From NCBI GenBank assembly GCA_017503865.1, contig JAFVSI010000050.1, positions 64,224-128,223 on the forward strand: a stretch of DNA of 64,000 nucleotides, written 5' to 3'. This document shows positions 49,550 to 59,700 of this stretch, piece after piece (position 1 is the stretch's first letter; every line of letters begins with the position of its first letter). The position numbers and the translations under genes are program-made. Below the pieces are notes generated by a model. That model ran no database searches and was not told the origin of the DNA. It saw only the letters and a list, made by a program, of their open reading frames with translations. The DNA comes from Clostridia bacterium (GTDB taxonomy: Bacteria > Bacillota > Clostridia > Oscillospirales > CAG-272).

Positions 49550-49665
49550 GGTTTTTTTGGAAAAAATTAAAAAAAGTTTTTTCAAAAGTAGCGTATTGTA
49601 AGTAAGTAATGCAAAATACACAAAAAAGAGTCCTCTAAAATCTTAATCTTTTGCTTTTAGAAAGG

Positions 49666-49694
49666 TTGACAATTTTAAATATATATGATATAAT
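49666..49694 (+). promoter_or_regulatory. Consensus sigma-A promoter of the pur operon
   Basis: TTGACA, 17 nt, TATAAT with an extended TGn (TGATATAAT). Confidence 0.7.
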
Positions 49695-49727
49695 TCTAAC
49701 AGTATAAATCAACGCAAGTTGAAGCGG

Positions 49728-49800
49728 TTTTTTGTGACCGACGGGAAGTGGAATTGACCACGTGGGAGCAAGAAGCAATATTGTCGACCGTCTGGGCAGT
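49728..49800 (+). promoter_or_regulatory. ZTP (pfl-motif) riboswitch aptamer
   Basis: UUUUUUGUGACCGACGGGAAGUGGAAUUGACCACGUGGGAGCAAGAAG...GUCGACCGUCUGGGCAG matches the remembered pfl consensus GUGACUGGCG..GGUGG..CCACC.GGGAGC ... CGACCGCCUGGGCA. The pseudoknot partners GACGG/CCGUC covary relative to GGCG/CGCC. Its position upstream of purine genes is as expected. Confidence 0.8.
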
Positions 49801-49833
49801 CCTTCCTTTATGGGGTAGGATTGCCTTATTTTT
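49795..49833 (+). terminator. Expression-platform terminator of the ZTP riboswitch
   Basis: Stem GGCAGUCCUUCC/GGGGUAGGAUUGCC (one mismatch, one G-U), then UUAUUUUU. Its 5' arm overlaps the conserved CUGGGCAG of the aptamer, the geometry expected for an ON switch. Confidence 0.7.
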
Positions 49834-49860
49834 GTTTTAAGGAGAAAAGGAGTAAAGAAA

Positions 49861-50358
49861 ATGAAAAAAGTCGGAATAGTGATGGGAAGTGACAGCGACC
49901 TTCCGGTTGTTGAAAAAGCAATAGCGGTGCTTGAGGAATACGGGGTTCCTTTTGAGGTTCACGTTTATTCTGCTCACAGAACACCCGTTGAAGCAAGGGA
50001 TTTTACCGTATCGGCAAGAGAGAACGGTTTTGGTGCTATAATCGCAGCTGCAGGAATGGCAGCTCACCTCGCGGGAGCTATAGCGGCAAATACCACTCTT
50101 CCTGTAATTGGAATTCCCGTTAAGTCTAAAAATTTTGACGGTCTTGACGCACTTTTGTCAACTGTTCAAATGCCTACAGGAATTCCCGTTGCTACCGTAG
50201 CTATTGACGGTGCTGCAAACGCAGCTATCCTTGCTATACAGATGCTTGCAATAGAGGACAAGTCCCTTGCAGCTAAGCTTCTTGAAAATAGAGAAGCAGG
50301 CACCCGCAAGGTTCTTGAAAAAAATGCGGCGATTTGCGAGAAGTATAACAAGGCTTAA
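49861..50358 (+). CDS. purE: N5-carboxyaminoimidazole ribonucleotide mutase
   Basis: 165 aa. VGIVMGSDSDLPV, SAHRTP, AAGMAAHLAG, PVIGIP. Confidence 0.95.
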   Translation: MKKVGIVMGSDSDLPVVEKAIAVLEEYGVPFEVHVYSAHRTPVEARDFTVSARENGFGAIIAAAGMAAHLAGAIAANTTLPVIGIPVKSKNFDGLDALLSTVQMPTGIPVATVAIDGAANAAILAIQMLAIEDKSLAAKLLENREAGTRKVLEKNAAICEKYNKA

Positions 50359-50372
50359 CTTTAGGGGGTATT

Positions 50373-51797
50373 ATGGGCGGATTTTTTGGCGTTGTAAGTA
50401 AGCGAGACGCTATTTCAGACGTTTTCTTCGGAACCGATTATCATTCTCATCTCGGCACAAAGCGAGGAGGAATGGCGGCTTACGATAAGGAAATCGGACT
50501 TCAAAGAGAAATTCATAAAATTGAAAATTCACCGTTTAGAACAAAATTCGAAGACGTTCTTATTGAAATGAGAGGCAATTCGGCTATCGGCTGCATTAGT
50601 GATACTCACCCACAGCCCTTGCTGATTCGTTCAAATATCGGAACTTACGCGATAAGTATTGTCGGACGTATAAACAATTCGGAAGAGCTTATTGAGAAAT
50701 ATCTTCTGCCTAACGGTGGTCATTTTGGCGTAATGACGGGCGGACTTGTAAACTCTGTTGAGCTTGTTGCATCACTTATCAATCATAAATCGAATTTTAC
50801 AGAGGGAATTAAATTTACCCAAGACGTAATTGATGGCTCTGTCTCGATCCTTATTCTAAAAGATAACGGGGATTTGATTGCAGCACGTGATAAGCTTGGT
50901 AGAATCCCTGTAATTATTGGAAAAAACGAAGACGGATATAGCGTATCTTTTGAGTTTTTTGCATTTGAAAAGTTGGGTTATGTTACCGAAAAAGAGCTGG
51001 GGCCGGGTGAGATTGTAGAACTTACACCTGACAGCATGACACAGCTTTCACCTCCCGGTAATGAAATGAAAATGTGTTCATTCCTTTGGACATATTATGG
51101 CTATTCAAACTCAACTTACGAGAATGTAAACGTTGAACTTATGCGATACAAAAACGGAAAAATTCTCGCTGAAAATGATAGGGCAGCGGGAATTGCAACC
51201 GATATAGATTATGTTTGCGGTGTTCCTGATTCGGGTACGCCCCACGCAATAGGATATGCTAATGAAAGCGGAGTTCACTTTGCTCGCCCCTTTATTAAAT
51301 ATACTCCTACCTGGTCGCGTAGCTTTACACCTTCAACACAGCAAGAGAGAAACAAAGTTGCCAAGATGAAGCAGATTCCCGTTAAAGAGCTTATTGAGGG
51401 AAAAAAGCTTTTGTTTGTTGATGATTCGATTGTAAGAGGTACACAGCTCAAGGAAACCGTAGATTTTCTTTATGACCACGGAGCAAAGGCGGTTCACATG
51501 CGTTCTGCTTGTCCCCCAATTATGTACGGGTGTAAATATCTCAATTTTTCGAGAGGAACGAGTGACCTTGACCTTATCGCAAGAAGAACAATTCTTGAGC
51601 TTGAGGGAGAGTCAGGGTTTGACTATATAGAAGAGTATTCCGATCCATCAACCGAGCGAGGTAAAAAGCTTCGCAGAACGATTGCGGACAAGTTCAATTT
51701 TGATTCACTTGAATTCCAATCGCTTGAAGGAATTATCAAGGCAATAGGTATTGAGCCTTGCAAACTATGCACTTATTGTTGGAACGGAAAAGAATAA
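50373..51797 (+). CDS. Amidophosphoribosyltransferase-like protein (PurF position) lacking the N-terminal Cys nucleophile
   Basis: 474 aa. The C-terminal PRTase domain has the PRPP loop LLFVDDSIVRGTQ. The N-terminus is MGGFFGV where canonical PurF has (M)CG(I/V)xG. The start is well supported (RBS AGGGGG, 4-nt spacer). Confidence 0.8.
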   Translation: MGGFFGVVSKRDAISDVFFGTDYHSHLGTKRGGMAAYDKEIGLQREIHKIENSPFRTKFEDVLIEMRGNSAIGCISDTHPQPLLIRSNIGTYAISIVGRINNSEELIEKYLLPNGGHFGVMTGGLVNSVELVASLINHKSNFTEGIKFTQDVIDGSVSILILKDNGDLIAARDKLGRIPVIIGKNEDGYSVSFEFFAFEKLGYVTEKELGPGEIVELTPDSMTQLSPPGNEMKMCSFLWTYYGYSNSTYENVNVELMRYKNGKILAENDRAAGIATDIDYVCGVPDSGTPHAIGYANESGVHFARPFIKYTPTWSRSFTPSTQQERNKVAKMKQIPVKELIEGKKLLFVDDSIVRGTQLKETVDFLYDHGAKAVHMRSACPPIMYGCKYLNFSRGTSDLDLIARRTILELEGESGFDYIEEYSDPSTERGKKLRRTIADKFNFDSLEFQSLEGIIKAIGIEPCKLCTYCWNGKE

Positions 51798-51833
51798 TTT
51801 TAACATTGAATGATTTTAGAAAGGAACATAAAA

Positions 51834-52874
51834 ATGTCAAAGAGTTTTAGTGAAAGTTATAAGAATGCCGGAGTTGATATAACTGCCGGATACAAGGCTG
51901 TCGAGCTTATGAAGTCTCATATCGCCCGTACAATGACAAAGAATGTTGTTTCGGATATTGGTGGATTTGGCGGTCTTTTCGAGCTTGATATGACCGGAAT
52001 TACACGTCCTATTCTTGTTAGTGGTACTGACGGAGTTGGAACGAAGCTTAAAATCGCATTCCTTATGGATAAGCACGATACTGTTGGTATCGACTGCGTT
52101 GCAATGTGTGTAAACGATATAGTTTGCTGCGGAGCAAAGCCCCTTATTTTCCTTGACTATATTGCTTGCGGAAAGAACGTTCCCGAAAAGATAGCTGCGA
52201 TCGTTTCCGGTGTTGCTGAGGGTTGCGTTCAGGCAGGTTGTGCACTTATAGGTGGTGAAACGGCAGAGATGCCCGGCTTCTATCCGGTTGACGAGTATGA
52301 CCTTGCAGGTTATTCGACAGGAGTGGTCGACCGTTCTAAGATAATCGACAACTCGAAGATTACCGAGGGTGATGTTATCATAGCACTTCCTTCAAGCGGT
52401 GTTCACTCAAACGGTTTTTCTCTTGTAAGAAAGGTATTTGATATTGAAAATGCCGATCTCAAGTCTCCTATTGAGGCTCTTGGAGGTAAGTCGCTTGGTG
52501 AGGTTCTTCTCACACCTACAAAGATTTACGTAAAGCCTATGCTTTCTCTTCTTGAGAAGGTAACTGTAAAGGCTGTTTCGCACATCACAGGCGGTGGATT
52601 CTACGAGAATATTCCGAGAAGTATTCCTAAGGGCTTTAGTGCAAAGATTGACAAGGCCTCTGTTCGTATTCTTCCTATTTTCAAGCTTATTGCTGAAACG
52701 GGTAATATTTGCGAGCGTGATATGTTCAATACCTTCAATATGGGTGTTGGTATGAGTATTGTCGTTTCAAAAGACGAGGCTGATACTGCTCTCGAGGTTC
52801 TCATGGCAGCAGGCGAAGATGCTTACGTAATAGGTGAGGTCGTTAAATCAGATGATGGCGTTATCATTGAATAA
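51834..52874 (+). CDS. purM: Phosphoribosylformylglycinamidine cyclo-ligase (AIR synthetase)
   Basis: Start at [41 protein letters not shown] and [11 protein letters not shown] motifs. Confidence 0.95.
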   Translation: MSKSFSESYKNAGVDITAGYKAVELMKSHIARTMTKNVVSDIGGFGGLFELDMTGITRPILVSGTDGVGTKLKIAFLMDKHDTVGIDCVAMCVNDIVCCGAKPLIFLDYIACGKNVPEKIAAIVSGVAEGCVQAGCALIGGETAEMPGFYPVDEYDLAGYSTGVVDRSKIIDNSKITEGDVIIALPSSGVHSNGFSLVRKVFDIENADLKSPIEALGGKSLGEVLLTPTKIYVKPMLSLLEKVTVKAVSHITGGGFYENIPRSIPKGFSAKIDKASVRILPIFKLIAETGNICERDMFNTFNMGVGMSIVVSKDEADTALEVLMAAGEDAYVIGEVVKSDDGVIIE

Positions 52875-52897
52875 TCGCCTTTTGAGGATAAATACAA

Positions 52898-53515
52898 ATG
52901 AAAAAAAGTGAAAAGACCAAAATTGCAATTCTTGTTTCGGGTGGCGGAACAAACCTTCAGGCACTAATTGATGCAAAAAAGAGTGGTGTCATTAAAAACG
53001 GTGATATAGCTCTTGTAATATCGAATAACCCGAGTGCTTATGCAATAACACGTGCCGAAATGGCAGGTATTCCGGTTTCTATAGTTGTGAAAAAGGAATA
53101 CGGCTCGCAAGAAGCTTTTGAAGAAAAAATGCTTGAGGTGTTAAAGGAATACAATATTGAAATGATAGTGCTCGCCGGCTTTATGAATATTCTTACGAAA
53201 AGATTTATCAAGGCTTACGAGAATAGAATTATAAATGTACATCCCTCGCTGATTCCTTCATTTTGCGGTAAAGGATTTTATGGTCTTCGTGTTCATGAAG
53301 CGGCGCTTGAGTACGGTGTTAAAGTAACAGGTGCAACTGTTCATTTCGTAAATGAAATTCCGGATGGTGGTGAAATTATACTTCAAAAGAGTGTTTACAT
53401 TAAGAAAGATGAAACCCCTGAAAGTTTGCAGCAGAGAGTTATGCGTCAAGCTGAGTGGAAGATTTTACCCCGTGCAGCAGAAATTGTTGCAAAACAGTTG
53501 CGCGACAAAAAATAA
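52898..53515 (+). CDS. purN: Phosphoribosylglycinamide formyltransferase
   Basis: 205 aa. ILVSGGGTNLQALID, LAGFM, NVHPSLIP, GATVHFV. Confidence 0.93.
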   Translation: MKKSEKTKIAILVSGGGTNLQALIDAKKSGVIKNGDIALVISNNPSAYAITRAEMAGIPVSIVVKKEYGSQEAFEEKMLEVLKEYNIEMIVLAGFMNILTKRFIKAYENRIINVHPSLIPSFCGKGFYGLRVHEAALEYGVKVTGATVHFVNEIPDGGEIILQKSVYIKKDETPESLQQRVMRQAEWKILPRAAEIVAKQLRDKK

Positions 53516-53544
53516 TTAACGTTGAAAAACAGAACGGAGAAAAT

Positions 53545-54270
53545 ATGAACGATTATATGAATGATCTCGGAAAACTTCTTTCCGAAAACTCTTATCCCGG
53601 CAGAGGCATCGTTATCGGTAAGTCGGCTGACGGTAAGAATGCTATGATAGCATATTTCATTATGGGCAGAAGTGAAAACAGCAGAAACCGTATTTTTGAG
53701 AGATTTGACGGCGGTATGAGAACTAAGGCGTTTGACGAGAGCAAGCTTTCCGATCCCAGCCTTATTATTTACAATCCTTATCTTGCTGTAAATAAGAGCA
53801 TTGACGTTATAACAAACGGTGATCAGACAAACACAGTGTACGATTTTATCAAGGATCAAAAGACCTTTGAGGATGCGCTTATGACGCGTGAGTTTGAGCC
53901 CGATGCTCCGAATTTCACCCCTCGTATTTCGGGTGTGCTTTACTATTGCTTCCCGAGAAATGTATTTACTTATAAGCTTTCTATACTTAAGAGCGCTGAC
54001 GGAAATCCCGATGCTTGTAACAGATACTTTTACAACTATGAAGCACTTGACGGCATTGGTCACTTTATTCACACCTATAAGTGTGACGGTAATCCCATTC
54101 CTTCATTCTACGGAGAGCCTGAAAAAGTAACTCTTCCCAATACAGCTGAGGAACTTTCAGAGCTGGTTTGGAATAATCTTAATGAAGCAAACAAGGTTTC
54201 GTTGTTTGTTCGTGTTGTTCCGCTTGACGGAAGTGATCCTATCGAAATCATAACAAACAAAAACAAATAA
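53545..54270 (+). CDS. purO: IMP cyclohydrolase, PurO-like (archaeal type)
   Basis: Start at MNDYMNDLG (RBS ACGGAGAAA). YPGRGIVIGKSADGKNAMIAYFIMGRSENSRNR and NPY..V..ITNGDQT parallel the remembered M. jannaschii PurO blocks YLGRILAVGR..G..VAYRVSSRSFPNR and NPYIAYN...VVSNGSHT. Confidence 0.8.
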   Translation: MNDYMNDLGKLLSENSYPGRGIVIGKSADGKNAMIAYFIMGRSENSRNRIFERFDGGMRTKAFDESKLSDPSLIIYNPYLAVNKSIDVITNGDQTNTVYDFIKDQKTFEDALMTREFEPDAPNFTPRISGVLYYCFPRNVFTYKLSILKSADGNPDACNRYFYNYEALDGIGHFIHTYKCDGNPIPSFYGEPEKVTLPNTAEELSELVWNNLNEANKVSLFVRVVPLDGSDPIEIITNKNK

Positions 54271-54284
54271 GCGAGGTAACGAAA

Positions 54285-55469
54285 ATGAAAGAATTTGAAC
54301 TTAAATACGGTTGTAATCCCAATCAAAAACCCGCTAAAATTTTTATGAAAGACGGAAGTGAGCTTCCGATAGAAGTTCTTAACGGACGTCCTGGATACAT
54401 CAATTTTCTTGATGCTTTCAACTCTTGGCAGCTTGTTAAGGAGCTTAAGGAGGCGCTCGGACTTCCCGCTGCAACTTCATTCAAGCACGTTTCACCTACA
54501 AGTGCCGCTATTGGCCTTCCTCTTGACAACGCACTTAAAAGAGCTTGCTTTGTAGAGGATATTGAGGGACTTGACGAGTCGCCTCTTGCTTGTGCGTACG
54601 TTCGTGCAAGAGGAACAGACAGACTTTGCTCGTTTGGTGACTGGGTAGCACTTTCTGACGTTTGCGACGTTACCACAGCAAAGCTTATCGCACGCGAGGT
54701 GTCTGACGGTATTATAGCTCCCGGTTATGAACCTGAGGCGCTTGAGATACTTAAGGGCAAGAGAAAGGGAGCATACAATATCGTAAAGATTGATCCCGAA
54801 TATTGTCCCGCCCCCATTGAAAACAAGGATGTTTTCGGTATTACCTTCGAGCAGGGAAGAAACGAGTTCAAAATTGGCGAGCATCTCCTTCTTAACGTTC
54901 CTACTGAAAATAAAGAGCTTCCCGAACACGCAAAACGTGACCTTATCGTTGCTCTTATTACACTTAAATATACTCAGTCTAACAGTGTTTGTTATGCAAC
55001 AAACGGTCAGGCAATAGGTGTAGGTGCAGGACAGCAGTCAAGAGTTCACTGTACTCGTCTTGCAGGAGACAAGGCTAATACCTGGCTTATGAGACAAAAT
55101 CCTAAGGTTCTTGATCTTCCTTTCTTGCCCACAATGGGTAGACCCGAGCGCGATAATGTTATAGACGGATATATTAACGGAAATGAAGAGGACGTTTGTG
55201 CTGATGGAATTTGGCAGAATTACTTTACTACACGTCCTGAGCCTCTTACTGATGAAGAGAGAAGTGCTTGGCTTGGCGGTTTCAATGAGATTTCCTTGGC
55301 TTCCGATGCTTTCTTCCCGTTCCCTGATAACGTAAAGCGCGCACACGCATCGGGTGTTCATTATATTGCACAGCCCGGCGGCTCAATTCGTGACGATCTC
55401 GTTATTGAAGAATGTAATAAGCGTGGAATAGCAATGGCGTTTACAGGCATGCGACTCTTCCACCATTAA
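54285..55469 (+). CDS. purH: AICAR formyltransferase (PurH transformylase domain only)
   Basis: 394 aa. LKYGCNPNQ, SFKHVSPTSAA, GAGQQSRV, and the C-terminal FTGMRLFHH. The N-terminal MGS-like cyclohydrolase domain of fused PurH is absent. Confidence 0.88.
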   Translation: MKEFELKYGCNPNQKPAKIFMKDGSELPIEVLNGRPGYINFLDAFNSWQLVKELKEALGLPAATSFKHVSPTSAAIGLPLDNALKRACFVEDIEGLDESPLACAYVRARGTDRLCSFGDWVALSDVCDVTTAKLIAREVSDGIIAPGYEPEALEILKGKRKGAYNIVKIDPEYCPAPIENKDVFGITFEQGRNEFKIGEHLLLNVPTENKELPEHAKRDLIVALITLKYTQSNSVCYATNGQAIGVGAGQQSRVHCTRLAGDKANTWLMRQNPKVLDLPFLPTMGRPERDNVIDGYINGNEEDVCADGIWQNYFTTRPEPLTDEERSAWLGGFNEISLASDAFFPFPDNVKRAHASGVHYIAQPGGSIRDDLVIEECNKRGIAMAFTGMRLFHH

Positions 55470-55480
55470 TGAGGTGACGT

Positions 55481-56749
55481 ATGAATATACTTGTCGTTGG
55501 TGGTGGCGGTCGTGAACACGCCATAATTAAAAAAGTTAAAGAAAATAAAGGCATTAAGAAAATTTATGCACTTCCCGGAAACGGCGGAATTGCTGCTGAT
55601 GCAGAATGTGTAAACATTGGTGCAAAGGATATTCCCGCAATCGTTGAATTTGCTAAGAATAATTCCATTGACTATGCAATAGTTGCTCCCGATGATCCGC
55701 TTGTGCTTGGTGCAGTTGATGCGCTTAATAATATTGGTATTCCTTGTTTTGGACCAAATAAAGCTGCGGCTATTATCGAGGGAAGTAAGATTTTCTCTAA
55801 AAACCTTATGAAGAAATACGGTATACCTACCGCTGAATATGAAGTCTTTTCTGATATTGACAAGGCTCTCAAATATCTTGAGACCGCATCTATTCCCGTT
55901 GTAATCAAGGCTGACGGACTTGCTCTCGGTAAGGGTGTTATAATTGCTATGACACGAGACGAGGCAATCGAGGCTGTGCGCTCAATGATGGAAGACAAGG
56001 TCTTTGGCGAGAGCGGAAGCAATATAGTTATTGAAGAATTCCTTACAGGTCCCGAAGTTTCCGTTCTTTCCTTTACAGACGGAAAGACGGTTGTTCCTAT
56101 GATTTCCTCTATGGATCATAAGAGAGCCAAGGACAACGACGAGGGACTTAACACAGGAGGCATGGGGACTATCGCTCCTAATCCTTATTATACCGAGGAC
56201 GTTGCTAAGGAGTGTATGGAAAAGATATTCCTTCCCACTGTTGATGCTATGAACAAAGAGGGAAGAACCTTTAAGGGTTGTTTGTATTTTGGTCTTATGC
56301 TTACTCCTAAAGGTCCTAAGGTTATCGAGTACAACTGTCGTTTCGGGGATCCCGAAACACAGGTGGTTCTTCCTTTGCTCGAGTCGGATTTGCTTACAAT
56401 TATGAAAGCTTGTACCGAGGGAACACTTGATAAGACAGAAGTCAAATTTTCCGATAAGAATGCTTGTTGTGTAATTATGGCATCAGACGGTTATCCTCAA
56501 AAATATGCTTCCGGATTTGAGATAACCATGTCTGACTCTGTCAAGGACAGTGTTTACGTTTCGGGCGCTAAGCTTTCTGACGGAAAGCTTTTGTCGGCAG
56601 GTGGTAGAGTTCTTGGTGTTACTGCAATCGGCAATACACTCCCCGAGGCTATTGAAGAAGCTTATAAGAAGGTCAAGCTTGTTTCCTTTGATAATGCTTA
56701 CAACCGTAGTGATATTGGACAGCGTGCACTTCTTGCATATAAAAAATAA
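55481..56749 (+). CDS. purD: Phosphoribosylamine-glycine ligase
   Basis: 422 aa. MNILVVGGGGREHA, KADGLALGKGV, EYNCRFGDPETQ, GGRVLGV. Confidence 0.95.
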   Translation: MNILVVGGGGREHAIIKKVKENKGIKKIYALPGNGGIAADAECVNIGAKDIPAIVEFAKNNSIDYAIVAPDDPLVLGAVDALNNIGIPCFGPNKAAAIIEGSKIFSKNLMKKYGIPTAEYEVFSDIDKALKYLETASIPVVIKADGLALGKGVIIAMTRDEAIEAVRSMMEDKVFGESGSNIVIEEFLTGPEVSVLSFTDGKTVVPMISSMDHKRAKDNDEGLNTGGMGTIAPNPYYTEDVAKECMEKIFLPTVDAMNKEGRTFKGCLYFGLMLTPKGPKVIEYNCRFGDPETQVVLPLLESDLLTIMKACTEGTLDKTEVKFSDKNACCVIMASDGYPQKYASGFEITMSDSVKDSVYVSGAKLSDGKLLSAGGRVLGVTAIGNTLPEAIEEAYKKVKLVSFDNAYNRSDIGQRALLAYKK

Positions 56750-56770
56750 TTCAGAACGGAGCCTATTTTA

Positions 56771-59700
56771 ATGGTTTACAGAGTATACGTTGAAAAAAAG
56801 AGTGGTCTTACTCACGAGGCGGATTCACTCAAGAATGAAATAGTAAATATTTTGCAGATTTCAAGTCTAAACGACTTTCGTTTGCTTAATAGATATGACG
56901 TTGAGAATATCGAAAAAGAGTTGTTCGATTATTCGGTTGGAACTGTTTTCTCGGAACCTCAGCTTGATAACGTAAGCTTTGAGGATGAGAAAGACGATAG
57001 CTACACTTTTGCGGTTGAGTATCTTCCCGGTCAGTATGACCAGAGAGCTGATTCTGCCGCTCAGTGTATCCAAATTATCTCGCAGGGCGACAGACCTCTT
57101 ATAAGAACCGCAAAGGTATATAAGCTTTACGGTAAGCTTACTGACGAGGATATTGCGGCTATAAAGAAATATCTTATCAACCCCGTAGAATCAAGAGAAG
57201 CTTCGCTCGAAGAGTATGAAACACTTAAGACGGTTTACGACATTCCCGAAAGTGTTGAAATTCTTGACGGGTTTATTGATCTTGACGAGGAAAATATCCC
57301 CAAGTTTATTGCAAAATACGGACTTGCTATGGATGCTGATGACCTTCGCTTCTGCCGTGATTATTTTATCACAGAGAAGAGAAATCCAACCATTTCCGAA
57401 GTTCGTATGATAGATACTTATTGGTCTGACCACTGCCGTCACACCACATTCCTTACAACTATTGACAGTGTCAAGTTTGAGGACAAGCTCCTTGAGGACG
57501 CATATAACGATTACCTTACAACAAGAGATTCCTTGGGCAGAACAAAGCCCATTAACCTTATGGATATCGCAACGATAACAGTAAAGTATCTCCGTAAGAA
57601 CGGCAAGCTTGAGAAGCTTGATGAGTCCGAAGAGATAAACGCTTGTACCGTTAAAGTAAAAGTAAACGTTGAGGGCGAGGAGCAGGATTGGCTTTTGCTA
57701 TTTAAGAATGAGACGCATAACCATCCTACGGAAATCGAGCCCTTCGGCGGAGCTGCTACTTGTATAGGCGGTGCAATTCGCGACCCGCTTTCGGGACGTT
57801 CTTACGTTTACGCAGCTATGCGTGTTACTGGTGCTGCCGATCCTCTTAAGCCCGTAAATGAGACTATGGCAGGAAAGCTCCCGCAGAGAAAGATAGTTAC
57901 AACTGCGGCAGCCGGTTATTCGTCTTACGGTAACCAGATAGGTCTTGCTACAGGTCAGGTTGACGAGATTTATCATGACGGCTACGTTGCAAAGCGTATG
58001 GAGATCGGTGCGGTTATCGCGGCTGCACCTGCTGAAAACGTAGTAAGAGAAGTTCCCGAGCCTGGTGACGTTGTTATTCTTCTTGGCGGACGTACGGGAC
58101 GCGACGGTTGCGGCGGTGCTACCGGTTCTTCAAAATCACACACACTTGACTCTCTTCAGTCTTGCGGTGCGGAAGTACAGAAGGGTAATGCTCCTGAGGA
58201 ACGTAAGCTTCAGAGACTATTTAGAAATAAAGATGCATCCCGTCTTATAAGACGTTGTAACGACTTTGGAGCAGGCGGTGTTTCGGTTGCTATCGGTGAG
58301 CTTTCAGACGGTGTCAGCATCGATCTTAACGCTGTTCCTAAGAAATATGAAGGTCTTGACGGAACAGAGCTTGCGATAAGTGAATCGCAGGAGAGAATGG
58401 CGGTTGTTGTTCGTGCAACTGACGTTGATAAGTTTATTAGTCTTGCAAATTCCGAGAATATTGAGGCAACTGTTGTCGCAAAGGTAACAGGTGACAATCG
58501 ACTCACGATGACTTGGAACGGCAAGAAGATAGTTGACCTTTCCCGCGACTTTCTCAACTCAAACGGTGCTCAAAAGCACATTGACGTTGTGGCAAAGGCT
58601 CCCGAGGATTTCTCGAAGAAGATCGAGGGCGGCTTTGCCGAGAATATGACAAAGCTTGCGTCAGACCTCAACGTTTGCTCAAAGCGTGGCCTTTCCGAGA
58701 GATTCGACTCAACTATTGGTGCGGGAACAGTCCTTATGCCTTTCGGCGGTAAGAACCAAAGCACTCCTATTCAGGCTATGGTGCACAAGATATCGGTTGA
58801 AAAGCAGGATACCGATACTTGCTCGCTTATGGCTTGGGGATATAATCCTTTTATATCTGAAAAGAGCCCCTATCACGGTGCTTATCTTGCAGTTGTTGAG
58901 TCCGTTTCAAAGCTTATTGCTACAGGTGCTAAGTTTGAGGACGTTTATCTTACCTTCCAGGAGTACTTTGAAAAGCCTCTTAAGGATGCTCGTCGTTGGG
59001 GCATGCCCCTTGCGGCTCTTCTTGGTGGATTTAAGGCTCAGATGGACCTTGAGATAGGTGCTATCGGTGGTAAGGACTCTATGAGCGGAAGCTTTGAGGA
59101 TATTGATGTTCCTCCTACTCTCGTTTCCTTCGCTGTAACTACTGAAAAGCTTGACAAGATTACCTCTCCCGAGTTTAAGGCTGCAGGTCATAAGGTTGTG
59201 CTTATAACTCCTAAATATACAAAGGATAATCTTCCCGACGTTGCTTCTCTTAAGGAAGTTTACGATACAGTTTACGGTCTTGTTTCTACAGGCAAAGCTG
59301 TAGCGGTTTACACACCCACTTATGGCGGTGTTGCTGAGGCTGTTATGAAGATGTGCTTCGGTAACTCCTTTGGATTTAAGTTTGATGATGCCGTTACACT
59401 TGATGAGATATTCGGTTACTCTTACGGTTCTTTCGTAGTTGAGCTTAACGATGACAGTGTTTGTGTTGGAAAGACACTTGGTGTGACGACTGAGAACTGT
59501 GCAATCGCTTATGCAGGCGAAAAAGTTTGCCGCGAAAAGCTTTACGAGGATTATGAGGCAAAGCTTGAGTCGGTATTCCCGACAAGAGCAAAGGAATCTG
59601 ACAAGGAGATTCCTGCTTACTCTTATAAGGCAACAAGTCACGCTACTTCTCTTAACAGAGTTGCAAGACCTAAGGTTCTTATTCCCGTATTCCCGGGCAC

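Noticed and set aside
49430-49621. The full 63-aa ORF from the track (MYFALLTYN...)
   Set aside because: Its first 45 codons lie upstream of, or across, the predicted aro promoter (49549-49521) and have no RBS. Only the last 18 codons, preceded by GGGAG, fall within the predicted leader transcript.
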